A stretch of DNA of 64,000 nucleotides. Source: an uncultured Nitrospiraceae bacterium. GTDB taxonomy: Bacteria; Nitrospirota; Nitrospiria; Nitrospirales; Nitrospiraceae. The notes under the pieces are model-generated. The model saw nothing but the letters and a program-made list of their open reading frames with translations. It was not told where the DNA came from and searched no databases. Shown here piece after piece: positions 1-9,872 of this stretch; positions within the stretch are counted from its first letter, which is position 1; each line of letters starts with the position of its first letter. The stretch lies in assembly GCA_963846575.1 (NCBI GenBank), contig CAWJWJ010000002.1, forward strand, positions 2,368,001 through 2,432,000, written 5' to 3'. A program made the position numbers and the translations under genes.

Positions 1-208
1 CCTGCAGGACAGAGTCGCGTTTCTTCCCCGCTTCATCCGACTTTTTTCGTTTCTCGACGATCGTGCCACGGAGCTTTTCCAGGGCCTTTTTTTCCTGTTC
101 GATTTTGTCCGCGTATGAATCCTTGCGTTCCGCGGAAGCGGATGAGGGGGGCAGCCCCAGGCTCAGCGAGAGGATCCCTATGATGAATCCCCACCGACCC
201 CAGGTCAT
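1..208 (-). CDS. Probable EnvC-like murein hydrolase activator (N-terminal part only; runs off window)
   Basis: Hand translation from ATG at 208: MTWGRWGFIIGILSLSLGLPPSSASAERKDSYADKIEQEKKALEKLRGTIVEKRKK... (signal peptide then coiled coil). Start overlaps the ftsX stop (ATGA); ftsE-ftsX-envC is a conserved order. Confidence 0.7.
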   Translation of the reverse strand, partial: MTWGRWGFIIGILSLSLGLPPSSASAERKDSYADKIEQEKKALEKLRGTIVEKRKKSDEAGKKRDSVLQ

Positions 209-1104
209 GTGCGTCCCTCTCCAAACCGTAACAACGAGAGGAAACTACCGGCAAAGCCCAGAAACAGTCCCACAAGCACCAGGACGAGACACATCTCCAG
301 CGGAAAAAACGTCAGTAATGCATCGACCCCGAGGAATCGGGTGGCGGAACCGATTTCATGGCGAAATAACTCAAACCCGGCCTTGAGAATCACCAGGGAC
401 AGGGCACTCCCCAGAAGGCCCAGCGCGGCGCCTTCGAGCAGATACGGCACGCGAATGAAGGTCGTACTCGCCCCGATCATACCGAGAATTTCGATTTCTT
501 CGCGCCGCGAGTAGAGGGCCAACCGGATCGTGTTCGCAATGATGGTGACCGAGGCCGCCGATAGAATGACGCCTACGATAATGGCAGCCGCCTCGATGTA
601 GGTAACCATGCTGGCTAAGGCCTCGACCCAGGCTTGATTATACTGAACCTGCCCGACACCGGGGATCAACTGCGCGCGATCGGCCCACCGTCTCATGGCA
701 TCGGACGAACGGGACAACGGCGCCAGGGTCACCACAAACGATGCCGGCAAGGGGTTCTGTCCAAGCCCCTGCAGAAGATGGGACTCCCCGGGAAACTGAA
801 CCTGAAAATCAGCCAGCGCCTGTTCCTTGGACACAAAGCTGACCGAATCCACTGCCCGATCGGCTTGTAATTGTTGCTCGATCTCGCTCCTCATTTGGCC
901 GGTCACATCGTCCTGAAGGTAGACCATAACCTGTATATCTCGTTCCAGGGACGAAGCCATGGCTCGCAGGTTCACGTAGAGCAGCAAAAACACTCCGACA
1001 CATGCGAAGGTGAAGGCAGTGGTCGCCACCGCGACGACCGTGGTGGTCCGGTTGGTCAACACATTGGCCAGCGCCTCCCGCAGCAGATACGAGAGACGTC
1101 TCAT
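205..1104 (-). CDS. ftsX: Cell division permease FtsX
   Basis: 4-TM layout with periplasmic domain, NPLPASFVV and IANTIRLALYSRREEIEI motifs; follows ftsE. Confidence 0.93.
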   Translation of the reverse strand: MRRLSYLLREALANVLTNRTTTVVAVATTAFTFACVGVFLLLYVNLRAMASSLERDIQVMVYLQDDVTGQMRSEIEQQLQADRAVDSVSFVSKEQALADFQVQFPGESHLLQGLGQNPLPASFVVTLAPLSRSSDAMRRWADRAQLIPGVGQVQYNQAWVEALASMVTYIEAAAIIVGVILSAASVTIIANTIRLALYSRREEIEILGMIGASTTFIRVPYLLEGAALGLLGSALSLVILKAGFELFRHEIGSATRFLGVDALLTFFPLEMCLVLVLVGLFLGFAGSFLSLLRFGEGRT

Positions 1105-1769
1105 GTCGACACCTGGTCGTGGGACACCAGCTTCCCGTGATCAAGCGTGATGACCCGGCGATTCACTTGAGCCAGTACGTTGGGATCGTGGGTTGCGACG
1201 ATCACGGTCGTGCCCCGGGCGTTGATCGATTTGAAGAGTTCGATGATTTCACTGGTCAGGTCCGGATCCAGATTGCCCGTCGGTTCATCGGCCAGCAACA
1301 CAATCGGCCCGTTCACAATCGCGCGGGCGATGCAGATCCGCTGTTGCTCACCCGTCGAGAGACCGGGAGGAAAGAGATCTTTCTTATGATCCAACCCGAC
1401 CGAGCGCAACGCCTCCGTCACTTTTCGCCGGATCTCGCCATTTGCGGCACCTTGAACCAATAAGGGCAGTGACACATTGTCGAAGATGGTTTTCTTAGGC
1501 AAGAGCCTGAAGTCTTGGAGAACGACTCCTATTTTTCGGCGCAGCAGGGGAATTTCAGACGGACGCAGCTTCGCTAAACTGCGTCCCTGTATCAGCACTT
1601 GTCCTTCCTCTGGCCGCTCCGCTCCGATCAAAAGCTTTAAGAGGGTCGACTTTCCGGCCCCGCTTGGACCCATGAGGAGAACAAACTCTCCCTTCTCGAC
1701 CTCGAGCGTTATGTCCGAGAGCGCCACATGGCGGTCGTATTTTTTTGAGACGTGAAAGAGTTGAATCAT
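1101..1769 (-). CDS. ftsE: Cell division ABC ATPase FtsE
   Basis: Walker A GPSGAGKST, QDFRLL, LLADEPTGNLD; start placed at MIQLFHVSK. Confidence 0.93.
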   Translation of the reverse strand: MIQLFHVSKKYDRHVALSDITLEVEKGEFVLLMGPSGAGKSTLLKLLIGAERPEEGQVLIQGRSLAKLRPSEIPLLRRKIGVVLQDFRLLPKKTIFDNVSLPLLVQGAANGEIRRKVTEALRSVGLDHKKDLFPPGLSTGEQQRICIARAIVNGPIVLLADEPTGNLDPDLTSEIIELFKSINARGTTVIVATHDPNVLAQVNRRVITLDHGKLVSHDQVST

Positions 1770-1808
1770 GGATGGGCACAACGATGACAAATCTGCCGGA
1801 GTAATGAC

Positions 1809-1836
1809 GCGGGCCCTCCGAGCATGGAGGGCCCGC
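1809..1836. terminator. GC-rich hairpin between yraN and ftsE (terminator or processing stem)
   Basis: GCGGGCCCTCCG-AGCA-TGGAGGGCCCGC inverted repeat; no clear U-tract. Confidence 0.45.
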
Positions 1837-1868
1837 TCACGCAGGTAACTTCGGGGCCGTCGCTCATC

Positions 1869-2255
1869 CTACCATCGCAGATCATCCCCTTCGAGGTCGA
1901 ATGCATTCGCAATATGGAGCACGCGTTCAGTCGTGTTGTCATCGTCCTGAATAAATACGACGTCGAAACGGCAGGGACGATCCCGAATACGATGCTGCAC
2001 GAGATACTGGGTGGCCAGCTGAATCAACTTGGCGCGTTTTCGCCTGTCAATTGCCTCCACCGCGCCCCCAAACGCCTTCGTGCGTCGCCGTTTGACTTCC
2101 ACGAATACCAGGACGCCTCGATCATCGGCAACAAGGTCCAGTTCGCCCAACGAGGAACGTACTTTGCGGCCCAAAATTCGAAAACCGCGCTGTCGAAGGT
2201 ACGCCTCCGCATATCCCTCTCCCTCATCGCCTACTATACGACGTTGGTCGCGCAT
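1869..2255 (-). CDS. yraN: YraN family (UPF0102) putative endonuclease
   Basis: GELDLVA...LVFVEVKRR and CRFDVV motifs; typical position after rnhB. Confidence 0.9.
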   Translation of the reverse strand: MRDQRRIVGDEGEGYAEAYLRQRGFRILGRKVRSSLGELDLVADDRGVLVFVEVKRRRTKAFGGAVEAIDRRKRAKLIQLATQYLVQHRIRDRPCRFDVVFIQDDDNTTERVLHIANAFDLEGDDLRW

Positions 2256-2273
2256 CGAAGAGTGTCGGCTGTA

Positions 2274-2951
2274 TTACATGCCGTCAGTAGCCGATTGATC
2301 GTAGGCGGCCCTATTGCCCGCCAGGAGATGTTGAACGGGAGCAAAGGTACGGCGGTGAATCGCACAGGGTCCGTGTTGCCGAAGCAGGCGAAGATGCTCG
2401 GGGGTGCTATACCCCTTATGCTCGGCAAATTTGTATTGAGGGTACCAGCGGTGATACTCGATCATTAATCGATCCCGCGTCACTTTGGCAATGATCGAGG
2501 CCGCCGCGATAGAACAGGACAGCCCATCGCCATTGATAATGGGGCGCTGCGGAACCGAGAGCCCGGGAATCGTGACGGCATCCAGCAGCAGAAAGTCCGA
2601 GCGGAGAGGCAGCGCCCGCAAGGCGCGCCGCATCGCCAATCGAGTCGCTTCGAGAATATTCAGGCGATCGATCTCCGCCTCACTGGCCGATCCTAGGCCG
2701 ATACCCCTCGCTCGACGCACGATTTCGGCGAAGAGGCGAACACGATCCGCTTCGCCGACCTGCTTGGAATCATCCAACCCAGACAGAGTGCAGCGGCGCG
2801 GCAAGACCACTGCGGCCGCGACGACGGGGCCGGCGAGAGGTCCACGTCCAGCCTCATCGAGTCCGGCTATAAGCCGGTACCCACAGCACCTGGCTTCCAC
2901 CTCAAACTCCTCGGTGGGGCCCCCTGTCGCCGGGTTCGGAGTGCCAACCAA
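2274..2951 (-). CDS. rnhB: Ribonuclease HII
   Basis: GLDEAGRGPLAGPVVAAAV, LDDSK, IAAASIIAKVTRD, HKGY motifs. Confidence 0.95.
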   Translation of the reverse strand: MVGTPNPATGGPTEEFEVEARCCGYRLIAGLDEAGRGPLAGPVVAAAVVLPRRCTLSGLDDSKQVGEADRVRLFAEIVRRARGIGLGSASEAEIDRLNILEATRLAMRRALRALPLRSDFLLLDAVTIPGLSVPQRPIINGDGLSCSIAAASIIAKVTRDRLMIEYHRWYPQYKFAEHKGYSTPEHLRLLRQHGPCAIHRRTFAPVQHLLAGNRAAYDQSATDGM

Positions 2952-3000
2952 ACGTGCGCCTCTGCCTTACTGTCAGTTGGAAATCAGCACGAACGATCGA

Positions 3001-3414
3001 TCAGGCCTTCGCGGCTTCAGCGGTTTCCGCCGCCGCCAGCTTGGCTGCGATCTGTGCTTTGCTTTCGGCTTTGAACTCGCGCTCTTCTACCTTCGCAAAC
3101 TTGCCTTTTTTCGTACGGAGATAGTAGAGCTTGGCTCGTCTGACGCGACCCTGACGCATCACATCGACTTTCGCCACGTTGGGCGAATGGATGGGGAACG
3201 TCCGCTCGACGCCGACATTATAGGACAGCTTACGTACCGTGAAGGTTTCGCTATTCAGCGTCCCTTTCCGGGCAATAACAGTCCCCTCATAAACCTGGAT
3301 GCGCTCTTTTTCACCCTCGACGACCTTCACATGGACACGAACGGTATCCCCGATCTCGAACTTGGGCACCGTCTTTTTGGTTAAGGATCGCTGGATCCGC
3401 TCTAGCCGGTTCAT
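3001..3414 (-). CDS. rplS: 50S ribosomal protein L19
   Basis: [23 protein letters not shown]...[12 protein letters not shown]. Confidence 0.97.
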   Translation of the reverse strand: MNRLERIQRSLTKKTVPKFEIGDTVRVHVKVVEGEKERIQVYEGTVIARKGTLNSETFTVRKLSYNVGVERTFPIHSPNVAKVDVMRQGRVRRAKLYYLRTKKGKFAKVEEREFKAESKAQIAAKLAAAETAEAAKA

Positions 3415-3432
3415 AGTCTTTCTCTCCTCCTC

Positions 3433-4206
3433 TCAACGAACAGGTACTTGTACAAGACTCTCTTGCATCACTTCACTCAACAACCGTCGGTCCTCTACTC
3501 CTAACTCACACTCCCGCAACAAATCCGGCCGTTTCAAATAGGTATTCCGCAACGCTTCCTTACGGCGCCACAGTCGGATGGCTTCATGGTGGCCGGACAC
3601 CAGGACCTCCGGCACCGCCATCCCTCGCACTTCCGCTGGCCTGGTATAATGCGGATATTCCAACAGCCCGTCGGCGAAGGACTCCTCAACAGCAGAGGCC
3701 GCATCCCCCAGCACGCCAGGAATCAAACGCGCTGCGGCATCGATCATCACCAAAGCCGCCAGTTCCCCTCCCGTCAGCACATAATCGCCGATCGAGATTT
3801 CCTCGGAACCCAGCACCAACTGAACACGCTCGTCGATACCTTCGTAATGGCCGCAAAGAAACACCACCACCCGCTCTTCGTCGGCCAAGGACTGCGCCAG
3901 AGCCTGCGTAAACGGACGTCCCTGCGGAGAGGGCACAATCACCCGCAACGTCGCTCCGGGATCCGACGTCCGGCAGGCAGCCCGCACACTGTCGACTGCC
4001 TGCAATATCGGCTCGGCTTTCATGACCATCCCGGCGCCACCGCCGTAGGGCACATCATCTGCGGTCTTGTGCCGGTCGAAGGTGTGATCGCGTAAATTTT
4101 GAACGGATACCTTCAGTAACCCCTTCTCTTGGGCTCGTTTGAGGATACTCTGGCCAAGGACCGGGGCCACCATGTCCGGAAACAATGTCAGGACGGCGCA
4201 GCGCAT
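3433..4206 (-). CDS. trmD: tRNA (guanine37-N1) methyltransferase
   Basis: LTLFP, DDVPYGGGAGMVM, CGHYEGIDERV, SIGDYVLTGGE, LLEYPHYTRP. Confidence 0.97.
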   Translation of the reverse strand: MRCAVLTLFPDMVAPVLGQSILKRAQEKGLLKVSVQNLRDHTFDRHKTADDVPYGGGAGMVMKAEPILQAVDSVRAACRTSDPGATLRVIVPSPQGRPFTQALAQSLADEERVVVFLCGHYEGIDERVQLVLGSEEISIGDYVLTGGELAALVMIDAAARLIPGVLGDAASAVEESFADGLLEYPHYTRPAEVRGMAVPEVLVSGHHEAIRLWRRKEALRNTYLKRPDLLRECELGVEDRRLLSEVMQESLVQVPVR

Positions 4207-4207
4207 C

Positions 4208-4735
4208 TTACAGATCTCCAAAGCCTTCCGGCAATCGAACCGTCATGACTCGACCCGTCACGTCCACCCCTACCACCACTTGTTTCGCTGCGGGAATCAG
4301 GACCTCGTTTCCATCCTGTCGAACGACGAACGCCTGGTTGTCGGACAGGTCCAACACGCCTTCCAGATGACCCAGCACCGTGCCCGCTTCATCTTTCACG
4401 AGCATGCCGATCAAATCACATTGATAGTACTGATCGGCCGGTAGAGCCGGCGAGTCTCCTCGCGGAACTTGAAGAAATCCTCCGCGAAACTCGGCGACCT
4501 GTTCGGGAGTCGTGAACGCTTCGAATCCCATAATCCACGTCGGACCGCCAGGCCGCACGTGGGTCACGACCGTATCGATGCTCTTTCCTCCGGGACCCGC
4601 AATCGTCACCTGTCGGAGCGACTCGAGCCGTCCCGGTACGTCAGTGAGCGAACGCACCCGCGCCTCGCCTCTCACCCCGAAGGAGCGCTCTATCCGTCCA
4701 ACCGTGACAAGCTCCGCTTGATCGAGCATCGCCAT
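4208..4735 (-). CDS. rimM: Ribosome maturation factor RimM
   Basis: VGRIERSFGVRGE, YYQCDLIG, EVLIP; lies between rpsP and trmD. Confidence 0.92.
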   Translation of the reverse strand: MAMLDQAELVTVGRIERSFGVRGEARVRSLTDVPGRLESLRQVTIAGPGGKSIDTVVTHVRPGGPTWIMGFEAFTTPEQVAEFRGGFLQVPRGDSPALPADQYYQCDLIGMLVKDEAGTVLGHLEGVLDLSDNQAFVVRQDGNEVLIPAAKQVVVGVDVTGRVMTVRLPEGFGDL

Positions 4736-4745
4736 GTGAGTCGTG

Positions 4746-5054
4746 CTACTTCGCGCTTTTTTCAGTCTTCTCAGGTTTCTGGGTCTTCTCCGCCTTCTCC
4801 GTCTCGAACTGCTTCCAAACGCCGTGCCGCTTGAGCAGCGTTCGCACGGTCACAGTGGGCTGAGCGCCATGCCGCAACCAGTTCAACACACGTTCCGACT
4901 TCAATACCGGGACCGCCGGATCCTTTAACGGATCGAAAATGCCGAGAATCTCCAGAAACCGTCCGTCACGTGGTTTTCGTGAGTCCGCCGCAATCACCCG
5001 ATACATCGGCCGCTTGTGTCGTCCCGTCCGTGCTAACCGTAAATGAACTGCCAT
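4746..5054 (-). CDS. rpsP: 30S ribosomal protein S16
   Basis: LRLARTGRHKRPMYRVIAADSRKPRDGRFLE...WLRHGAQPT. Confidence 0.97.
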   Translation of the reverse strand: MAVHLRLARTGRHKRPMYRVIAADSRKPRDGRFLEILGIFDPLKDPAVPVLKSERVLNWLRHGAQPTVTVRTLLKRHGVWKQFETEKAEKTQKPEKTEKSAK

Positions 5055-5166
5055 CTAAACCTCCTTCACTGAGTGCGCTGTCAAGCCATCGGCTGTGTGC
5101 GCTCGGTTATTGCTCGCTCATCATCCACGCAGCCTTATGCCGCATGCCTGTATCCACTTCCCCACA

Positions 5167-6513
5167 TCACATTCCACGAAACATTTGCGCCAACTGCCGC
5201 CGGCCACCGGATCCCGACATCACCTTGGCGATTTTCCGGGCCTGCAAAAACTGTTTGATTAACCGATTCACCTCTTGCACGCTCGTGCCGCTACCGCGGG
5301 CAATCCGCTTCTTCCGGCTGCCGTTGATCACCGTATGGTCTCGCCGTTCCCGCACGGTCATGGAGTCGATCATCGCGGCAACCCGTTTCATTTCCTTTTC
5401 CGGCAGTCCGTTGTTTGCCAGGTCTTTCAACTTTTGTCCTCCCGGCAACATCCCCAGAATCTGCTCGAACGATCCCAACCGATTCATCTGTCCGAGTTGA
5501 GACCGGAAGTCCTCCAGCGTGAAGGTATTGCTGGTCAGTTTCTTTTGAGCGGCTTCGGCCTCTTCACGAGAGAATGTTTCCTGTGCCTTTTCAATTAAGG
5601 AGAGCACATCACCCATGCCAAGAATCCGCGAGGCCATCCGGTCGGGATGGAACGGTTCCAGCGCATCAAGCTTCTCCCCCATACCGAGAAACTTGATCGG
5701 CTTCCCCGTGACAGCCCGGATCGACAGCACAGCACCGCCGCGAGCATCGCCTTCGACCTTCGTCAAGATGACACCTGTCAGCCCGACCTGCCGGTCGAAC
5801 TGGCCGGCCATGTTCACGGCGTCCTGCCCGGTCATGGCATCAGCAACCAGCAGCACCTCATGAGGGGAGACCGACTGCTTGACCGCCCCGAGTTCGGCCA
5901 TTAATTCTTCATCGACATGCAAGCGGCCGCCGGTGTCGAGCAGGATGATGTCGTACCCCTGCTCCTGTCCTCGCTGCACCCCTCGTTCGCAAATGCGCAC
6001 CACATCGGCGCGGGAGGCATCGGCCTGGTCGAACCGATGAACTTCGATGCCTAGATCCTGCCCCAAACTGGCTAGCTGATCGCCGGCAGCAGGCCGTCGC
6101 GGATCCGCCGCCACGAGCAACACGCGTTTCCCCTGGCTCTTGAACAATCGGGCCAACTTGCCCGAAGTAGTCGTTTTTCCGGCTCCTTGGAGTCCCACCA
6201 TCATGATGACTGTAGGCGGCTTGGAGGCGAGACTAATACCCGACCGTTCACCGCCCATCATGCCGCGAAGTTCGTCCCAGACAACCTTGACGACTTGATG
6301 GCCGGGAGTGAGACTTTTCAGGACTTCCTGACCGACCGCCTTCTCACGAACCCTATCCAGAAACTCCTTGACGACTTTGAAATTGACGTCGGCTTCCAGC
6401 AGCGCGAGACGCACTTCCTTCAATGCCTCAGCGATATTCTCCTCGGAAAGGACACCCTGCCCGCGGAGCTTCTTGAGAATCCGTTCGAATTTTTCGCTTA
6501 ACGCGTCCAGCAC
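5167..6513 (-). CDS. ffh: Signal recognition particle protein Ffh
   Basis: GLQGAGKTTT, DTGGR, DAMTGQDAV, GGAVLS, Met-rich M domain with RIARGSG. Confidence 0.97.
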   Translation of the reverse strand: MLDALSEKFERILKKLRGQGVLSEENIAEALKEVRLALLEADVNFKVVKEFLDRVREKAVGQEVLKSLTPGHQVVKVVWDELRGMMGGERSGISLASKPPTVIMMVGLQGAGKTTTSGKLARLFKSQGKRVLLVAADPRRPAAGDQLASLGQDLGIEVHRFDQADASRADVVRICERGVQRGQEQGYDIILLDTGGRLHVDEELMAELGAVKQSVSPHEVLLVADAMTGQDAVNMAGQFDRQVGLTGVILTKVEGDARGGAVLSIRAVTGKPIKFLGMGEKLDALEPFHPDRMASRILGMGDVLSLIEKAQETFSREEAEAAQKKLTSNTFTLEDFRSQLGQMNRLGSFEQILGMLPGGQKLKDLANNGLPEKEMKRVAAMIDSMTVRERRDHTVINGSRKKRIARGSGTSVQEVNRLIKQFLQARKIAKVMSGSGGRRQLAQMFRGM

Positions 6514-6929
6514 CAGTCACCAAAAAAAAGGCCATCGAAGCCCGGTTCGAGCCAGATCTCCGATCGCCTCGAAATATCTAAAAAAATAGCATCGGGCAGT
6601 CTATAGAAGCGGGCGGCATGAAGTCAAGATACTCGGGCCTCACACCGCAGCACGTTGCGACGCCCTGCCTGTGAAGCCTCCCCCTGAGAAGTCGAACGAA
6701 TCAGCGCCGTCCAGACATCGGGAGAACTTCTTCCAAGAGAATCTCTTCTCGCTGATCCCCCGCTGCAGTGAAAACTTCCTGGGAAGCTCTATGCTGCAGG
6801 GTACCCCTATCCCTGGCATAGTGGGATGCTAGCAGCTGGCATGCATTTTGTTGACATCATTTTATGCTTCCGATATGGTGCCCGACGTCGGCACACGGAC
6901 CGACAAATCCAACCCAGGAGAGACAACGG

Positions 6930-7190
6930 ATGAGAAAATCGATCGGCGTCCTGCTGATCTTTATCCTGATCGGCGGAATGCTGGGCGGGATTTTTGGAGA
7001 AATTCTTCGAGTGATGGCTCCTAACGGTACCATTCAAAACATTTTCGCCGGTAACTTTTCCCCGGGAATCAACCCTCCGCTCACCATTGACCTCGTCCTT
7101 CTCAAATTGACTTTCGGCTTCAGTATTCGGGTCAGTCTGCTCAGCGTGCTCGGAATGTTTCTCGGAGCCTATCTGTATAAACAGATGTAA
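6930..7190 (+). CDS. Small membrane protein, DUF4321-like
   Basis: 86 aa hydrophobic ORF with SD (AGGAG); PLTIDLVLLKLTFGFSI resembles DUF4321 (from recall). Confidence 0.7.
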   Translation: MRKSIGVLLIFILIGGMLGGIFGEILRVMAPNGTIQNIFAGNFSPGINPPLTIDLVLLKLTFGFSIRVSLLSVLGMFLGAYLYKQM

Positions 7191-7228
7191 CGAAACTTGA
7201 CATTCGCCCGTCCGGATGGCCCCTTTTC

Positions 7229-9226
7229 CTATTGCGTCAATTCCAACGCCTTGAGCTTCAGGGCCCTGATCCGATTCCGTAACTCGGCTGCCCGTTCAAA
7301 CTCCAACTTCTTCGCGGCCGCCTTCATCTCAATCTCCAGCCTCTGAACCAATCGCGCGACATCCTCATCGGATTTGTAGGAGGCCGGCGCTTCCGCCGCG
7401 ATGTCCAGCTGAACATAATCCAATTCGCCCGTTGCATAGTCGAGCGTCGGGATACTTTTCCTGATGCTCTCAGGTGTAATCCCATGGGCCGCATTGTAGG
7501 TCTCTTGAATATGACGCCTGCGCATCGTTTCCTCGATGGCCCTCCGCATGGACTCGGTCACGGTATCACCGTAAAAAATCACGCGCCCTTCCAGGTTTCG
7601 TGCTGCGCGTCCCGCCGTTTGAATCAACGACCGATGCGACCGGAGATACCCTTCTTTATCCGCATCGAGAATCGCCACCAAACTGACTTCGGGCAAATCG
7701 AGGCCCTCCCGCAGGAGATTGATCCCGACCAGCACGTCAAACACGCCGCGCCGAAGGTCCCGGATAATCTCCGCCCGCTCCAAGGTCTTGATATCCGAAT
7801 GCAGATAACGCACCTTCACCCCGAGATCGTGATAATACTCCGTGAGATCTTCGGCCATCCGCTTGGTGAGGGTCGTGACCAGGACGCGATGCCCCTTCGC
7901 CGCTTCCCCGCGCACTTCGGCCAGCAAGTTATCCACCTGCCCCTTCGCTGAGCGCACGTCTATGAGGGGGTCCATCAGACCGGTCGGGCGAATAATCTGC
8001 TCGATCACCTCGCCCTTGCCGTGGTCCAACTCATAGAGACCCGGTGTGGCTGACACATAAATCACCTGCTTCAGCATCCGCTCGAATTCGGTAAACTTGA
8101 GCGGACGATTATCGACGGCGGACGGCAGCCGGAAGCCATAGTCCACGAGCGTCCGTTTCCGAGAAAAGTCGCCTTCGTACATGCCCCCGACCTGCGGCAC
8201 CGTTGCATGGGACTCATCGATGATCAACAGGAAGTCCTTGGGAAAATAATCCAGCAGCGTCGGGGGGGGGTCCCCCGGTGCACGCCCGCTCAAGTGACGC
8301 GAATAGTTCTCGATCCCATGGCAATACCCCATAGCACGAATCATCTCGAGATCGAACTTGGTCCGCTGCTCGATCCGCTGGGCCTCGAGCAACTGGCCGT
8401 TCTTCCTGAATGCCGCCACTCGCGCCTCCAGCTCCTCCTCTATTCCCGTGATCGCCCGTTCGTACCGGTCTGGCGCAATGAGATAGTGCGTGTTCGGATA
8501 AATGGCAATTTTGGGCAACTTACCCAGCGATTTCCCGGTAAGCGGATCGATCTCATGGATCGCATCCACGACATCGCCAAACAGTTCGATGCGCACTGAT
8601 TTTGCTTCTGATGAAGCCGGAAAAATCTCGATCACATCGCCTCGCGCACGAAACGTGCCGCGGTGAAAGTCCACGTCGTTGCGGGCATACTGGATATCAA
8701 CCAGTTTCGCCAGGATCTTTTCGCGCCGCGTCTCCATGCCTTCTTCGAGGTACACCAGCATGTCGTGGTACACCTCCGGTGACCCGAGGCCGTAAATACA
8801 TGACACCGACGAGACGATCAGCACGTCGTTGCGCTGCAGCAATGAGGTCGTCGCCGCGTGGCGCATCTGGTCGATCGCGTCGTTGATCGACGCATCTTTG
8901 GCAATATACGTGTCGCTCTGGGGGATGTAGGCTTCCGGCTGATAATAATCGTAATAACTGATGAAATACTCGACGGCATTGCGGGGAAAGAATTGCTTGA
9001 ATTCCTGATAGAGCTGACCGGCCAGCGTCTTATTATGCACGAGGACCAGCGTCGGCTTCTGTACCCGTTCGACAACATTCGCCATCGTGAAGGTCTTGCC
9101 GGAACCGGTGACCCCGAGCAAAACCTGATGCTGCTTCCCGGCCTGGATTCCGGACGCCAGCTTTTCAATGGCTTGTCCCTGATCACCGCAGGGTTTGAAC
9201 GGAGCTTCGAGTTTAAAAGGAGGCAT
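7229..9226 (-). CDS. uvrB: Excinuclease ABC subunit B
   Basis: [47 protein letters not shown]-terminal UVR domain; start placed at MPPFKL (ORF extends to 9247). Confidence 0.97.
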   Translation of the reverse strand: MPPFKLEAPFKPCGDQGQAIEKLASGIQAGKQHQVLLGVTGSGKTFTMANVVERVQKPTLVLVHNKTLAGQLYQEFKQFFPRNAVEYFISYYDYYQPEAYIPQSDTYIAKDASINDAIDQMRHAATTSLLQRNDVLIVSSVSCIYGLGSPEVYHDMLVYLEEGMETRREKILAKLVDIQYARNDVDFHRGTFRARGDVIEIFPASSEAKSVRIELFGDVVDAIHEIDPLTGKSLGKLPKIAIYPNTHYLIAPDRYERAITGIEEELEARVAAFRKNGQLLEAQRIEQRTKFDLEMIRAMGYCHGIENYSRHLSGRAPGDPPPTLLDYFPKDFLLIIDESHATVPQVGGMYEGDFSRKRTLVDYGFRLPSAVDNRPLKFTEFERMLKQVIYVSATPGLYELDHGKGEVIEQIIRPTGLMDPLIDVRSAKGQVDNLLAEVRGEAAKGHRVLVTTLTKRMAEDLTEYYHDLGVKVRYLHSDIKTLERAEIIRDLRRGVFDVLVGINLLREGLDLPEVSLVAILDADKEGYLRSHRSLIQTAGRAARNLEGRVIFYGDTVTESMRRAIEETMRRRHIQETYNAAHGITPESIRKSIPTLDYATGELDYVQLDIAAEAPASYKSDEDVARLVQRLEIEMKAAAKKLEFERAAELRNRIRALKLKALELTQ

Positions 9227-9233
9227 CCGGGTC

Positions 9234-9242
9234 ATCTTAGCA
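9234..9242 (-). promoter_or_regulatory. Extended -10 element (TGcTAAGAT) 7 nt before the uvrB ATG; probable leaderless transcript
   Basis: Minus strand reads TGC-TAAGAT-GACCCGG-ATG with no Shine-Dalgarno. Confidence 0.5.
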
Positions 9243-9266
9243 CGCATGCTGGCCTGATCGCTCCCC

Positions 9267-9304
9267 TTGACAGACTCCTCCCGCTATGTAACGATTCGTT
9301 ACAT
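9267..9304 (+). promoter_or_regulatory. sigma70-type promoter of the LexA-like cassette overlapped by a palindromic operator
   Basis: TTGACA (9267-9272), 17 bp spacer, AACGAT preceded by TG; perfect palindrome ATGTAACGA-T-TCGTTACAT at 9286-9304 covers the -10 and the start codon. Confidence 0.7.
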
Positions 9305-9848
9305 GCACGCCATAGACCTAAAACGAGCGCGGCAGGCGCTTGGACTTACCCAGAATCAGCTGGCCGACCGGCTGAAAACCACCCGTCAGACCATCGCCCG
9401 GTACGAAATCGGCACCCATAAGATCCCATTTGCCGTTCGGTTGGCGATTGATCACCTCACGTCCGCCGCACACATTCCCCTCGCCGGCCTGGTGGCGGCC
9501 GGCGATCCCATCGAACCGATCCTCCAGACCGAACTCGTCGAAGTTCCCCCCGGCATGATGGGCCGAGGAGAAACCTTTGCATTACGAGTAAAAGGGGAGT
9601 CGATGCGGGATGAGGGCATTCTCCCCGGCGACCTTGTCATCGTCCAGAAACAAGGCACGGCCCGGAACGGCCAGACCGTGATTGCGATCGTCAACAACGA
9701 TGCCACGATCAAAACATATTACCGGAAAGGCTCATCCATCGAACTGCGCCCGGCCAATGACACAATGAAACCGATTACGATCCACGCGACTGATTCCTTT
9801 CGCATCGAAGGGCTCGTCATTGGCGTCATTCGCTACTGCAAACGATAG
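9303..9848 (+). CDS. LexA-like self-cleaving repressor: XRE/cI-type HTH plus S24 peptidase
   Basis: N-terminal LKRARQALGLTQNQLADRLKTTRQTIARYEIG (HTH_3); cleavage site VAA-G-DP, catalytic Ser in GESM and Lys in ATIK. Confidence 0.88.
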   Translation: MHAIDLKRARQALGLTQNQLADRLKTTRQTIARYEIGTHKIPFAVRLAIDHLTSAAHIPLAGLVAAGDPIEPILQTELVEVPPGMMGRGETFALRVKGESMRDEGILPGDLVIVQKQGTARNGQTVIAIVNNDATIKTYYRKGSSIELRPANDTMKPITIHATDSFRIEGLVIGVIRYCKR

Positions 9849-9872
9849 GCTTCGTCCCGATTTTTTAAAGCA

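Noticed and set aside
6514..6929. Possible SRP RNA (ffs) next to ffh
   Set aside because: No recognisable helix-8 CAGG..GGAA..AGCA motif; the region reads as divergent promoters.
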